Notes: a model not told the origin generated them from the sequence alone. A stretch of DNA of 64,000 nt from Selaginella moellendorffii (GCF_000143415.4 NW_003314312.1:1045510-1109509), one strand, 5' to 3'; shown: positions 36,073 to 49,292, counted from the first letter of the stretch. Numbers and translations are program-made.

Positions 36073-38560
36073 ATGGTAAAGGCGGGGCATAAACGAACCA
36101 AGGCGGAGACAGAACCTCTGCCAGAGTTGGAGCCTCCGGTTGAACAAGAGGCTATGGATGAGGAATCCTTGCATGAGGAGGACTCTAGTGAGGAAACTTC
36201 CAAACAGGAGTCCGGTGGTGAGGTTCGGTCGTCTAAGGCTCGATTGAACGTTTTAGAAGGACAATTGGCACAGACCAATGCCTTGCTGGAGACTCTTGTG
36301 CGCAAGCTAAAGCGTGACGAGAAGCGGAAGAAAAGGCAAAAGACTGCGGATGCTGGCAGCGCAGAAGGTGCGGACCCTTCGGCAGGGACTGAGGCAAAAC
36401 CAAACAAGGTCGAACAAACCAAAGTGGAATCAGTCCCACAAGCAGTGCCCAAGTACAAACCAAAGCCCCCACCAGTCTTCAAGGGAGTGAATGACTATAA
36501 GGTGGTGGAGGATTGGTTTTACGATATGGAGGATTACTTCTAAGCGTTATGGTTACCGAGCTCAGAGAAGGTCCTATGTGCAAAACCATACTTGGCAGAT
36601 AATGCCAAGTCTTGGTGGAGAACGACGGAGGCCAACGAAGGACCGGTGGCCACTTGGGACATGATGAAGGCGAGGATTTGTGCGACTTACATTCCTCTGA
36701 ATGCTACTCTGCATCTAAGAGATGAGTTGAGTAGGCTAAAGTAGACCGGAACCATTCAGGAGTATGTGAATGGGTTCATGGCAAAGAGGATACTTGTCAC
36801 GGATATGGGGGATATGGATGTGTTCTATGCCTTCATATCGGGCTTGCAAACCTGGGTTTGCGGCGAGGTGATACAGTGGAACCCGACTAATTACAAAGAA
36901 GTGTTGGATGCGGCTATCAAAGTGCATTTCAACGATAACTTGCGAAAGGGGAACACGACGGGGTCGGGGTCCACGTTTAGCAAAGGGGCCAAACCAAGGG
37001 GAACATATAGCAAAGGAAAATTCAAGAAGAGTTTCTCTAAGAATGAGTCCTCAGGGTTCCGGAAAAGCAAATTCGGTGGCCAGCGAGCAAGTACGTGGGG
37101 GAGTCAAGCAAAAAGAGACAAACCCACAGATAAGAAGGTTAAGTCGTTTAGCAGCATAGGAAACAACGTATGCTACAACTGCGGTGAAGCGGGACACTTT
37201 TCGAGGGAGTGTCCCTACCCGAAGAAGGCTAGAGCCAATATGGCCATTAAGTTGGGTGAAGTCCAAACTGAGGTATGTGATGCAGCCCCTAGCTCAAAGT
37301 TACTCATTACACGAGCAACTTTGGCAGAGAGTCGTTCGCGACATCTACTAGCCCTCCGAGGGAAGCTCGGAGGTAGCTTTGTTAAGATCCTTATTGACAC
37401 AGGTGCTTCGGATAATTTTGTGGCTGCAGACATAGTCTGGCAAGCCAGACTAACGGTGCAGCAGCTGGGCGAACCAAGGACTATAGAGTTTGTTCAAGGT
37501 AGCCAAAGCACCAATGAGGTACTTTGACAAGCGAGAGTCGAAGTAGGGACTTGGGAAGTAGACATGGACTTCACCGTGTTGGACATGGCGGGATTTGACA
37601 TGATCTTCGGGATGGATTGGTTCAATCGGTTCGTGGTAGCCCTGCATGGACAAAGTAGAAACCTTGTGGTACTAGCGAATGCCCAAGGAAGAAGATCCAG
37701 GGTGGAGGCCCAGGATCTAAAGGTAGGGCAATACAAGGCTAAAGATTCGTGCTTAAACCTGGTGTCCACGAGAGGACAACTCACTAAAGGGACCAAGGCT
37801 GCATTTTTGTGCTTACTCTCGGTGAGGAGTGACAAAAATATAGGAATGGAAGAAGTACCTTTAATGATCCAGCGGGTGTTGGACCAATTCCGAGATACCA
37901 TGCTGGAGGACCTATCAGCGAGGTTGCCCCCCACACAACCGATAGAACATAAGATTGAGCTAGTCGAGGGTGCTGAGGCGGTGGTTCGTCCCCCCTATCG
38001 TTTGAACGAAAAAGAACTCGCGAAGCTCAAGTGCCAACTAGAGGAGTTGGTGGACAAAGGGTATGTTAGGTTGAGCAAGTCGCTGTATGGGGCGCCAGTG
38101 TTATTTGTGAAACAGAAAGATGGATCTATGTGCATGTGCATAGACTACCGGTTGCTCAACAAATATACAAAGAAGAATAAGTACCCTTTGCCAAGGATTG
38201 AAGATCTGTTCGATAGGTTGGGAAAGGCAAAATACTTCTCGAGGATTGACCTAAGGTCAGGATACTACCAAATTAGGGTAGCAGAGGAAGATATCGAGAA
38301 GACAACTTGTCGAACGAGGTATAGGAGCTTCGAGTTTCTAGTGATGCCCTTCGGGCTATGCAATGTGCCAGCAACGTTTTCGGCGTTGATGAACCATATC
38401 TTTGTACCCTATCTGGATCACTTTGTGGTTGTCTATATTGACGACATCTTGATCTATAGCGAAACGCTAGAGGAGCATGCCAAACACTTGACGAAGGTGT
38501 TTGAGAAACTAAGGGAACACCAGCTGTATGCTAAAGAGAGCAAATGTGACTTTGCTCAAT
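36073..38560 (+). pseudogene. gag-pol pseudogene, single frame with three premature stops, truncated within RT
   Basis: ORFs 36073, 36766 and 37564 share one frame. Stops are TAA 36541, TAG 36742 and TGA 37525. Confidence 0.93.
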
Positions 38561-39693
38561 AACTCTCAAAGGTGTCGTAAGCTAAAGGATCCCTGAAAGA
38601 ATGACCAAAATGACAAAGAGTTCATCGGATGGGACCGAGTCAAAGATCGAGTCCAAGACCGACTCTGAGACCGAGTTCGAGATAGAGTCCGGGATCGAGC
38701 CCGAGGCCGAATCGGAGACTGAGTTCGAGACCTAGTTTGAGACAGAGTCCGAGATCCAAATCAGGTCCGAGACCGAGTCCGAAGTCGAGTCCGAGATCGG
38801 GTCCGAGATCGAGTCCGAGATCAAGTCCGAGACCGAGTCCGAAGTCAGGTCCGAAATCAAGTCCGAGATCGAGTCTGAAACCGAGTCCGAGTACTAATAC
38901 GGGTCAAGGGGTGAAAGCCCAAAGCGTGCGTCTCCCAGGGGGGGGGGGGGGGGGGGGGCTACAGGGGGTTCCAAAAGTATAGTAGGGATAGTGAGGTTCA
39001 GGAACCAGTCTTGAAGGAACTCTCCAGTGGTGCTTCCAAACTGGCTTGAGGTTGAGACTAGGGCCGAGGGGCCTTGGGTGGGAGTGAGCAGGGACTTGGG
39101 TGGTGCCGGAGGGGCCACCCTAGGAAGTGCTCAAGAGTAGCTCCCACTCCCGAAAGGGAAACTGACTGGAGTGCTCCCGGCTCATATGGAGTGGTGCCCC
39201 ACTTGAGTACCATGCAGCTCATTGGTCCTCGCCCTTCCTAGGGGCTTGGGCCTTCCTTCGGGATGGAAGTGGAGGGGTAGAGGTACCCATACCGGGCCGT
39301 TAGGCCACGGTGTTTCGCCCTGGCGTCCCGAAGCAAGTGTTGCACCCAAGACTTGGGATTTAGAGGGTCCCATGATCAAGTCTTGTGGTACCAAGGGGTG
39401 TTAGGAACCTGGAGGCTTGGTGTGCTTGGCTGCTTGTGCCTATGGGGAGTGTAGCTGAACCTTAAGTCCAGTCTAACCCGGGGAGGGGGATTGGGAGAGG
39501 TTTGGGAATCCGTGGATGGGTGGCTAACGCTCCGTTGCTCGTGCAGTGAGTAGCTGAAACCAAGTAGGACTATGTAGGAGCTGGTACCATAGGAGGGAAC
39601 CTTGGCGAGGGAACTTAGCAAAAGCCAAGGCAATGTTGGACGGATAGACGAGGTAAGCTGGCAAATTGGAAAAAGAAAAATTTATGGCTTACA
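38561..39693 (+). repeat. 3' LTR lacking its first ~11 bp
   Basis: Begins aactctcaaaggtgtcgtaagctaaagg directly after the RT codons, and ends ggcttaca. Confidence 0.95.
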
Positions 39694-40290
39694 GCTGATA
39701 CACTGTTATATGGATTGTGAGTATTCTTTCATTTTTGCCTTTTTGTGATCACATATGATAATATGTTTATTGTAGCATATTGCAAGTTTGTAAGTTATGG
39801 TTTCTATGTACATGCCATTATTTGTGGGGCAACTCATTATATTGTATCTTGCAAGCTTGTTACCTCCAAAGAATCCCATGCAATATTCAATACATATGGA
39901 TAGATTTTTTATCGATTTGGAAGACCTAAGCATATCCAGAGTGACAATGCTCCAAAGCACAATGAGGTCGAGAGGGACATGGTCCACTATTGGAGTCTTA
40001 TAGATAGAAGCTTTATATGTGGGACATTAATATGTAATTAAGTATTCACGATGTTAAAATTTTATCCAAATAAGGACTAAATCCATTTCATTTTGCAGCA
40101 CATAGAGCATTTGTGGAGAGAGCTCTTTGAGTGTATGGTGTTGTTTTATAAGCACTTTTTCAAGTTCATAGAAGACAAAAATTCTCAATGTATCTAATCC
40201 ATGGCATAAACAAAGTTTACATTATGTCTTTGCTCCATACCTCAAGAAGGATATTTCGCACTAGATTGCAATCTAGAATCTCTATAAGGA
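39694..40290 (+). pseudogene. Catalytic core of decayed, intron-containing integrase-type DDE transposase
   Basis: After removing introns 39717-39775 and 40042-40098: YMD|SYCKFVSYGFYVHAIICGATHYIV..FGRPKHIQSDNAPKHNEV..SFICGTLICN*|HIEHLWRELFE..SLHYVFAPYL. This fits WHxDxxxKL..GxPxxxxSD..GxSxxNQRIERLW. Confidence 0.8.
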
Positions 40291-42689
40291 TTGTTTGTAT
40301 TGATGTGCTAATTACTTCAAACCATTTTATGTTTTTGCAAATTTATTTCAACTGATGGAACAAGAGTTTGGGTAAGAATTTTGGTAATGTTACAAATTTT
40401 TCCTAAATTGTGTTTTTGTAAGATTATGCCAATTATTGATGGAAAGATATTGAAGATTTACTTGGACCATTTCTCTCCAATGTCAAAGGTGCAATTCTAT
40501 CAGAGGTAATCTTTAGAGCAAGAATAGAACAATTTATTTTAATCTATTTCATTTTACTTGGCTACCTTACAGATTTTTTATATTGTTTGAAACTAGATTT
40601 TTTTGATACATCAAGAGGGACTTAACTTTGATAAGAAATATTTATGTTATTTGGATCTAACAATAGAGTATGCAATGGTTAATATCATGGTTGTAGATTT
40701 ACCATTACATTAAGAGTGTCTTGCCTATAACAACACCAGTGAAGCAATGAGCTTTGGAAAAATTATACTTGGGTATACTTGGAGAAAACTATTAGAGTTT
40801 TCTTTAGTGTAAATTTAAAATTAAATTCAATTCTTGACTTTTCTAAATTTTATGGTTGCCATGTTCAAGATTAGGGTATACACCAAGTCCCACCCATATT
40901 AAATGTGCCTTGAATACAAGGTGATGGCAATGTTACATATGATTTTGTTGATGGTTTGTTCATTCTTTGATCGATTTGCGTGAGGCAAGGCTTGTAACAC
41001 ACACTCCCCCAATTGCAGGACCATTGCCTAAGCAAGAGCACCATAGCTGTGATGGTGGGTAGCTTCTCCTCGATCAGGTTTGCTGTGATTTTTAGACTTG
41101 AAGTAAGAACCTCGCCTACCTTAATAATAATAGACACTATGTAGGAAACACTTCACAAGCACGCACCCAATTACTTGATATTCCACAATTGGCAAACCAA
41201 TAGTCCTACAAGACACATGCCAGCCAATCGATTTGCCAAGTTCTACAGCAAGGACATCAATTCCAACAGCATCCCACCTATAGCTCTCGATTGCATTTGA
41301 GTAAGTAGAGTGCCACCTAACATTGCATATGTTGTAGCATATGTGGAACCTCTAGCATGTTTCGTTCTCCTTGCCTTCTCTAGAAAGTAGCAGCCCGAGT
41401 GTCTGAAACAAGCAAGTCCAAATGCCTCAAGCCCATAGTGTTGTCTAATCTACAATGCTACCACCAACATTAACTATGGGACATTTCATGCAAGCCCATA
41501 TAATGCCATTGCTATCAGCCCATCTGCACCTACCACTATTCCATTATCTATTACAATGATCACAACTCCATCTACTAGTACAAGTGCCACTACCTAGCCA
41601 TCTACCTCCCAAAGCAACAAGTAGTCTAGCTTGGTAAGTTTTTCATTCATACTTATCTTTTTTCCATGTGTTTTTCCATGTAGGGTGAGTTGACAATGCT
41701 GCCATACCAGTAAGTTCATAGTTCCCCATCAGAATTCCACAACTACTCCCAAGGATTGAGATTGTCATTTAGTGGAGCTTTGACATTTAGATATATCTAA
41801 GGACCCTTAACATAGGTTGCCATCTAAGCCATAAGTATACCATGACCCCATGGACTCTTGCTTTTTTTTCCTTAGATTCCTTTGATTTATTTTTGTTTTG
41901 CTATGATAGACTTTCTCACCACTTTTGGTTGCAATGGACACCTATATCAATAACAATCAACAATTTTTATTTTATCATCGTGGACTCCATGGCAATCAGT
42001 CCAAAGTCATTGGTGGCATGTCATTTTTAACACCCTTGATCCCCTGGTTGTTCACCACAACCCTTGTTACCAAGTGGATTGCAATCCTGAAGACTTGGCA
42101 TCTACACTTCTATGGCCGGAAAATAAAGCCATTGGTGAAAGTGATAGAACTTGATAAGATGGTAATGGACCTCCCAAAGTGTCTCATATGGGGAGGCTTA
42201 TACTCCAGCATTCCTTTCTAATTTGGCATAACCCAATATACAATTCTACTATCACTCCAATCCTTAGAAATTTAACCTTTATCCATGACCAACCTTGTCT
42301 AGTGTTCAAGACAATCCAATGGTGGTTAGGCCCATGCCAAGTCCACAAAATTTTGCTTCAAATCTATCTAGTCTTGCTATTGGCCTCCTCAAATATCATG
42401 GGGAGCTATAGCAAACAAGGCCAATGCCAATCAGGCGATAATAATTTACCTATACAATGTCATAGAGTATTTTACTAACAAACATTGGCTAAGTTATCAA
42501 AAGTAGGCTTGAACGCTTGAGGAAAGGATGCTTACGAATATAAGCCATTATCTTCTCCTCACAAATATATGTTGTGATCCTTGCAATTGTAATTGCTACA
42601 AATGCCTTGACTACAGATGATAATCCCTTGGTGATAGCCATTCCTCTCGAGGCTAGCCGCGCAAGAACCAAACTGTAAACAACCAAATA

Positions 42690-43240
42690 GAACAACTCGA
42701 GAAATAATCTATATGGGTTCAAATATAGAAGGAAAGGGCCCATGAATAAAAATGCCTTTTTCCAATCGGTTAAGGGTCTTGGGATATTTAGGGTTAAACG
42801 TCCTTAGGTTTGAATAATACTGACCTCCTGGGAAGTCCAAAATTCAAGAGCTTATATTTGGTATTAGAGGGGTCTTAGGTCCGACTTTGTTAATTAGTTA
42901 GGGGAATCATACCATATGTTGATTGACATCTAGCTAGTCCAATTTGCTCTAGCTGAATTCAACCTAAGGGGTAGGGTGTCAAGAGAGCTGTAGCTCTCAG
43001 CTTCTGTTCACAAGGGTGTGAACTTGCAGGGAAGCATAATAAATTATAAGTAACCAAAAGGAACAACTTAAAAGACGATCCATAAGGGTTCAAATATATA
43101 AGGAAAGGGCTTATGAATAAAAGTGCACCTCTTTTTCCAATCAGTTAATGTTCTTAGGATATTTGGGGTTAAGTGTCCTTGGGTTTGAATAGTATTGGGC
43201 TAGTTGACCTCTCAAAAAGTCTAAAATTCAAGAACTTACA
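42690..43240 (-). repeat. Dispersed repeat, inverted relative to 6540-7030, with two internal copies
   Basis: 42710-42855 and 43081-43237 share gggttcaaatata.aaggaaaggg..atgaataaaa..ttttccaatc.gttaa..ggatatt..gggttaa. Confidence 0.7.
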
Positions 43241-43729
43241 CAAACCAAGATGAGAATAATGAAGAAGAAGACTCTGTGATGAAGAGGACATTCTTCCACT
43301 CCTAGAAGGACAATATAAACATCACAAAAGTCGAAAAATAAAGTGATAGTGGGGATGAACCACGCCAAAGATCTCGAAAGACATCCTTGTCACAAGAGAT
43401 AGTGGCTCCTAGCCATGCAGCTAGTAAAAAGCATCATGCTGTGATTGGAGGATCAATCTTTGGCTACAACATTGGGATCTTGAATAAAATTGATCAATCA
43501 TACTTTTTGTGTAGGGACGTATATAAGAATTGGGTTGGATGTACAATAATTGAGAAAACTATTTCATACTGCTAAAATATTATATTGTAAATTTTTCTTT
43601 TTCTACATCAAGAAAGCTATACTTTGGCTATACAAACTTGCTCACACACGTTTGAGGCTATCTCACATTCTGGTAAGCACTGGATTGCTTATGGATTAGT
43701 GTTCCCTCATTTTTCCTTTTAGATTGCAC

Positions 43730-45015
43730 CAAACAAAAAATTCAGTTATTTCCAATTTGCCTTCAATGTTAATTTTTGCATATTTAATTATAAGGTGGCC
43801 TACGCATTTAAGATTGGAGGAGCTTTGTTCTAGGAGGATGCCACAATAAATGCAGACGGGCCATATACAAAAGTCATTAGAGAGGCTATTCACCAAATTC
43901 TAGGATCTGTAAGTTTAATTTCTATTTGGCTACTAGAGTAACTTTGTGTTACAAATATATAAACTATTCATGCTTAAAGAAGGAGCTATGTATTGGCATC
44001 CTAGGATGTTGGTGCATTTTAGGACATTGTGACAAGAAGGGTGGGATGTTGTAAGTTAAATTTAAAACAATAATTTTGTATGGTCTTCATTTCTATATGC
44101 ATAAACTGTCTTTGTGGCCTAGTTGCTATTTTAGCATTTGAATGTAATGCAAAAGTATCCCATAAGTGTACAATTGCAACATTGGCAATTGCAACTGAAG
44201 CAATTCCAGATAAAAATGACTGATGACTTGCCCAAGGAGGACTATATGAGATGGATCTCAAGGCATGTGCATTGTATATCTGGAATGCACTCAACTAACT
44301 ATAAGGTGCATTAGATTTAAACAAAGAGGGTGATCAGCACAAGTTTGTGGATTCTATCCTAAAGAACCTAGCAATTACTAACTACAATACAGTGTTTGAG
44401 TCTAGATGATGAAGGTTATGAGCAGGCTATGGAGGCATGTGTAGCTGCAATAGTGTGGCATTACCTATTTATAAAGTTGAATGTAGTGAGAGACTTACTC
44501 CAAGATAGCTTAGAATACTCAATGTGCATAGAAGCACATTAGAGGCTTTACAAGAGTCCCACGTTGCTAGGTGGGTTTTCATTTGTTGGGATAAATGCTT
44601 TGTTACAAGTCTTTATGGTAAGGATGATCATTCCTCCCAGGGAATTCATCAACTGCTTAGTCTTTGATTGGGACTTTGGAGAGAACTTCCATAATTGGAT
44701 TATAGACATCATCCAAGGTAATTATGTACTTTCACAAACAACTAAAATTTTTGTATATTTAAGCATTTGATAGATATGAGTCTAAAAGAGTTATCTAAGT
44801 TTTATCACTTTGTAGTTGATTCACTAGAATTCTAACCAAGAGAGCATATTTGGTTCCAAATTGAGACATTGGGTATATTATGTGCTCAATTTCCCAGATT
44901 TTCCATATGCATACGAGAAATTTTCTTCCACTTAATATACTTGTCAATGGAGTGGACCAAACACAAGATCCACTAGGCATTACAAAATCTAAAGAATTTG
45001 TATGGATTGGGTTGA
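43730..45015 (+). pseudogene. Decayed, intron-containing HECT E3 ubiquitin-ligase domain (gene may begin near 40860)
   Basis: N-lobe-like EDATINADGPYTKVIRE. The C-lobe across intron 44718-44773 reads NWIIDIIQ|DMSLKELSKFYHFVVDS..FPRFSICIREIFFHLIYLSMEWTKHKIH*ALQNLKNLYGLG*, with the catalytic Cys position and terminal aromatic-G-L motif kept. Confidence 0.75.
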
Positions 45016-48000
45016 GGTTGTGGAAGTATTGTAATTTAGGCACTTTGATAATAAAAATAGATAACTATCTTGAAAAGATATAGTTCCTTGACACTTTAAA
45101 AAATATTCTTTCCAATTCAACTTAGTTCATTAGCAAAGATGAAAATATTCAAAATATTCCAAAAATGCCAATTATAAGCACTTGAGGCCCTTAGTAGCCT
45201 TTTGGCTTATATTTGCCTCATCAAGGGTAATCAATACAGCTTCCAAAGCAACTCCTAATTTAGGATTTGAGTCAAAATTATCAAGCTTGGGTGCACCATG
45301 ATCCCCATTCTCGCTTGGGGAAGTCTCAACTTATTTCATAGTAAAACCAAAATCACATTTGGGTTTGTGAACTTGTCATCACTTGCATCTCAAGCAAAAA
45401 TATATCTCTCACTATCATTTTCTTCAACACAATGTTTCCCCTCAGTTATTGGCACAACATTAAAAGTAGTTTTGGGTTGCCTTGTTAGAGGGATTGTTGA
45501 GCCTTGAGAAGAGGAGGCATCATATAGAATCCTTAGTCTTATGCCCTATTTAATCCATTGTTGTGCCTCAAAGTAGTAGTAGAGTCCTCTCTAGTTTGCC
45601 ATGTCATAAGGAAACCCAAAAACCTCAAACATTGCAACAGGATTAGAGCAAATAGAAAACCATCATAAATCTACTTTTACCAAAGTGAGCACAAACTTCT
45701 AATCCCTAAAAACTGCAGTTCTTTGGCTGCAACGTACAAGATACATTCAATAGTTTTACCCTATACTTGGAAACTCTTTTTACAAATTTCAAATTTTAAA
45801 ACAATTATGATTGGAAAGTGTTGAAAGTATTGAAAGTGTCTATTGTTGTTGCTCTTGAGTAAGGTTTTTTCTGCCTATACTTGTGTTCTTGCCCTTGCCT
45901 GCAAAACAATGACAAATAAATAGAGACAAGAATGTAGAGAAAAGAAGAAGAATAAAAAAGAACTTAGCCTTGAATTCAAAGGTGTGAGTAAGAATAAATA
46001 TATATCACTCTCTCAACTCTACTTTGCATAAACAACCATAAGTGAGAGAAAGGATAGTTAATTCAATGCAAATGCATATAATAATAAGTGGGGGTTGTTT
46101 TTCAACACGTCTAAATATTACTTATATACTACATGATTTTATAATTATTCTTAACTATTTAACACTTGTCTATAATGAGCATTGCCTAGGTCAAATCTTT
46201 CTTTTTTGGATGCCTATGCTTAAGCATAACTCCATTTTGCTTAAGCTTTCTTTTTTTGCTTTGCTTGAAAAGATATACAAGATAAAACATTTACCTCTTC
46301 ATCAACTCTTCTCACCCAAATGTTACTACATACAATTGCAACTTCTATATTGTCAAATCTCCTTTAGCATGCTACTCTTGGGAAAACTCTAGGTCCAAAC
46401 ATCAACACTACGCACCCTTGCATAGTAACACAATCCAAGTATGAGCCCTACCAATTCATGGAATTGGTTGGAGACTAAGGCTATGATCAAGAACATGAGC
46501 ATGAAGTGAGTGGTTAAACACCATTAACCTCCATCTACAAAGGTGTTGCTATATAGAAAAAAGGTGCTATAGTTTAGTTATTTCAACTAGTAGAGGAAGG
46601 TGCCTTCCATTGCAATATAAGCAACTAGTAGGGGTGAATAAGTCAAATCCCTACTAAAACATTCATAGTGATTCCTTATTTTTCAACCTATTTTTGAGTC
46701 ATATACAAATTTTTCTAAGCATCATGATGTGAAACTAAAGTATTGAGAAAGCTAGATTGCAAATCAATGGCAACAAAGGATAAACTCAATGGGTTGCATT
46801 AGAGATATTACTTTAAACAACATATATCCACAAATTTGCAATGGACCTAGATGGAGATCAACATTTGCTATGAACACCATGTTAAAAGAGGTGTGTTGAA
46901 AAATGATAAGTTAGTTCTTTTGCCATAAGCAACAAGAGTAAGAGGTAAGAATATAATGCTCTAAACAAAGTAGTATGATATGCAATTTGGTCAATTGTCC
47001 ATTTGGTATGTAACATTAACAACTTACTTGAATGCATGGGATGAATAGGTCTATAGGGCCATGAATGGCTCCATTCCACACATAGTATGGGCCATTGCTA
47101 TGGGCATGAAGCCTCATTTATGGCATAAGGAATGGATATTCATGATATATCCTATGCTTGTGTTTTTTCCACACTAATATTACATGGGGACCAATAGCAG
47201 CCAGACATATATTGTGAGTGAAATAGACTGCTGTATTTTCTACCCTTTTACAAATTGCACACCATAAAATTTAGGTTCCTGGTGGAAAAATCACTTGGTG
47301 AGATGTCATGACAGCTCTCACTAATAATACCTTGAATCAAGCTGAATCATCCATATGCTTCAAAGACCAAGCCAAAATCCAAGGAGACCACCTACCCACA
47401 CTGTTAAAATGAAGAAGATTAAATACCCCTTTTATGCAACCACAAAAGCATGTATATGTCTACTTCCTCTACTAAGTGAAAATTTATCAAGATGAAGTGG
47501 ATAAAAATGTTTTCTATACTTTATTATAGGGAAAATTGAAACTTCAAAAGCCAATTTAGATAGAGCTAATTTGTTCATTCTTTCCTAAGTATGATTTAAT
47601 ATTTACTTGAGATTCATGTTTGTTTAAGATGTTCTTGTAAGCAATAAGATCTTTAGACTCAAAAGATCTTCTTGGCAAAGTTCTTGATAGCCAGAGGTGT
47701 GCCAGAACAGCACCAATGACACTTTCAAAATAACCCCTCATGCTCATCATCAAAATCAAGTCAAGCACAGAGTGCTTGAGCAATAGCAAGATCTTTTTGC
47801 CTTGGGGAAGAAGTCCTCTCTCATTTGAATCCACTATAGAAAAAAAGAAATCCATTCATACTAAAAATCTCAAGAATGACAAAAATGAATTTTGTTGTGG
47901 GTGTTATGGCATACATGGTCATAACTGTATCAATTCCTAGTTATAAATGTAATATTAGAAGTATTTTGCAATATCTAAAAGTTCAAAGGGTTTAGATTCC

Positions 48001-48791
48001 ACTTCGTGGTTATCCTATGGTTTTTTTTTTTTTAAATTTTTTTTACAATTTTAAAACTTCTAAGATGCAATTTTCCCTTTATTTTATTGAGATAGGAATA
48101 ATGATATTAACTGTTGTCCAGATATTCTTAGCACCTGTGATATTGGGAATTAAATCCGGTATTTTAAATTTATATGAATTTGCATACTGATAATCTCAGA
48201 TGTATTGTTGAGGTTACAAATGTATTTCATTTGGATATGGTGATTGATATTAATGATCAGAATGATGATATTAACATGTGTCATTTTGATTGGTTTGTAG
48301 CAAGTGATCATGTGATAAAGAAAATACATTATTATAAATTTAAAAGCTATAATAGTGGTGGTATACTTGGAAGTGAATATCATTGTGAAGGTCTAGTACT
48401 GTTTGCCAAAATCCAAGAAATCATGTCGCTTGGGATGAAATGCATTATACTCAACATTTCTATGAGGTCCATAAAATTTAGATTGGTTCCTGGAGATATC
48501 CTCTATAAAACGTTGCAATGCCCCCATGGAGTCGAAGCTCAATCCAGCTTCTAGGATCATCACAGTGCAATCATTGAGCGTGAGGTTGTCCACTATGAGT
48601 GACTGCCTCAATATGGCCTCGAAGTTGGCCATTGTTTAAGGCTTTCTCTCCCGAAGATCGATTAGTTTATCCTCATATACAATTCTTCAAAGAACTCGAT
48701 AATTCACGTTTGACATTGTCAAATACAACGATTTATTATTATTTTTCTACACTGCTAGAGGTCGTGTGGTACCAAAGAAGGAAAATTCTAC

Positions 48792-48954
48792 NNNNNNNNN
48801 NNNNNNNNNNNNNNNNNNNNNNNNNNNNNNNNNNNNNNNNNNNNNNNNNNNNNNNNNNNNNNNNNNNNNNNNNNNNNNNNNNNNNNNNNNNNNNNNNNNN
48901 NNNNNNNNNNNNNNNNNNNNNNNNNNNNNNNNNNNNNNNNNNNNNNNNNNNNNN
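48792..48954. other. Assembly gap (N run)
   Basis: Run of n characters. Confidence 1.
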
Positions 48955-49016
48955 GCCTTCAAGTTTACCCGAGACGGCAGGCAGCCTACCCTAAATTATC
49001 GCGCTGGGCGGGCGTA

Positions 49017-49292
49017 TGAGTTTATTGGTATATGGAAGCTGGATGGGGAAAAGTGGGAACTGGTATCTAAAGTTCACACTCGGATGGGTACGATGACGAG
49101 GAGATGTTGAAAGTGGAAGAAGAATATGAGTGGAAATTTAGTTGCTGCAGCGATGGATTTGACAAGATTTGTATCGCTATTGACAAGTGTGAGTTCATGT
49201 GGATGTATAGTGTGGAAGCCGACGCATGGAGAAAACTTCCAAGCTATCCTCAGGCTAAAACTAAAATGCTTGACAAGATCATGTTCTTCTAA
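49017..49292 (+). pseudogene. 3' remnant of F-box-associated paralog of 31780-32736 (frameshifted)
   Basis: IGIWKLDGEKWELVSKVH..CCSDGFDKICIAIDKCEFMWMYSVEADAWRKLPSYPQAKTKMLDKIMFF*. Confidence 0.8.

Larger units (their letters stand above)
34872..39693 (+). mobile_element. Ty3/gypsy LTR retrotransposon with internal deletion (no RNase H, integrase or PPT)
   Basis: Two ~1.13-1.14 kb LTRs, TG..CA termini (tgtaag/cttaca), PBS, gag zinc knuckle CYNCGEAGHFSREC, protease [18 protein letters not shown]. Confidence 0.97.

Noticed and set aside
48599-49110. ORFs spanning the N run
   Set aside because: Artefacts of the assembly gap.
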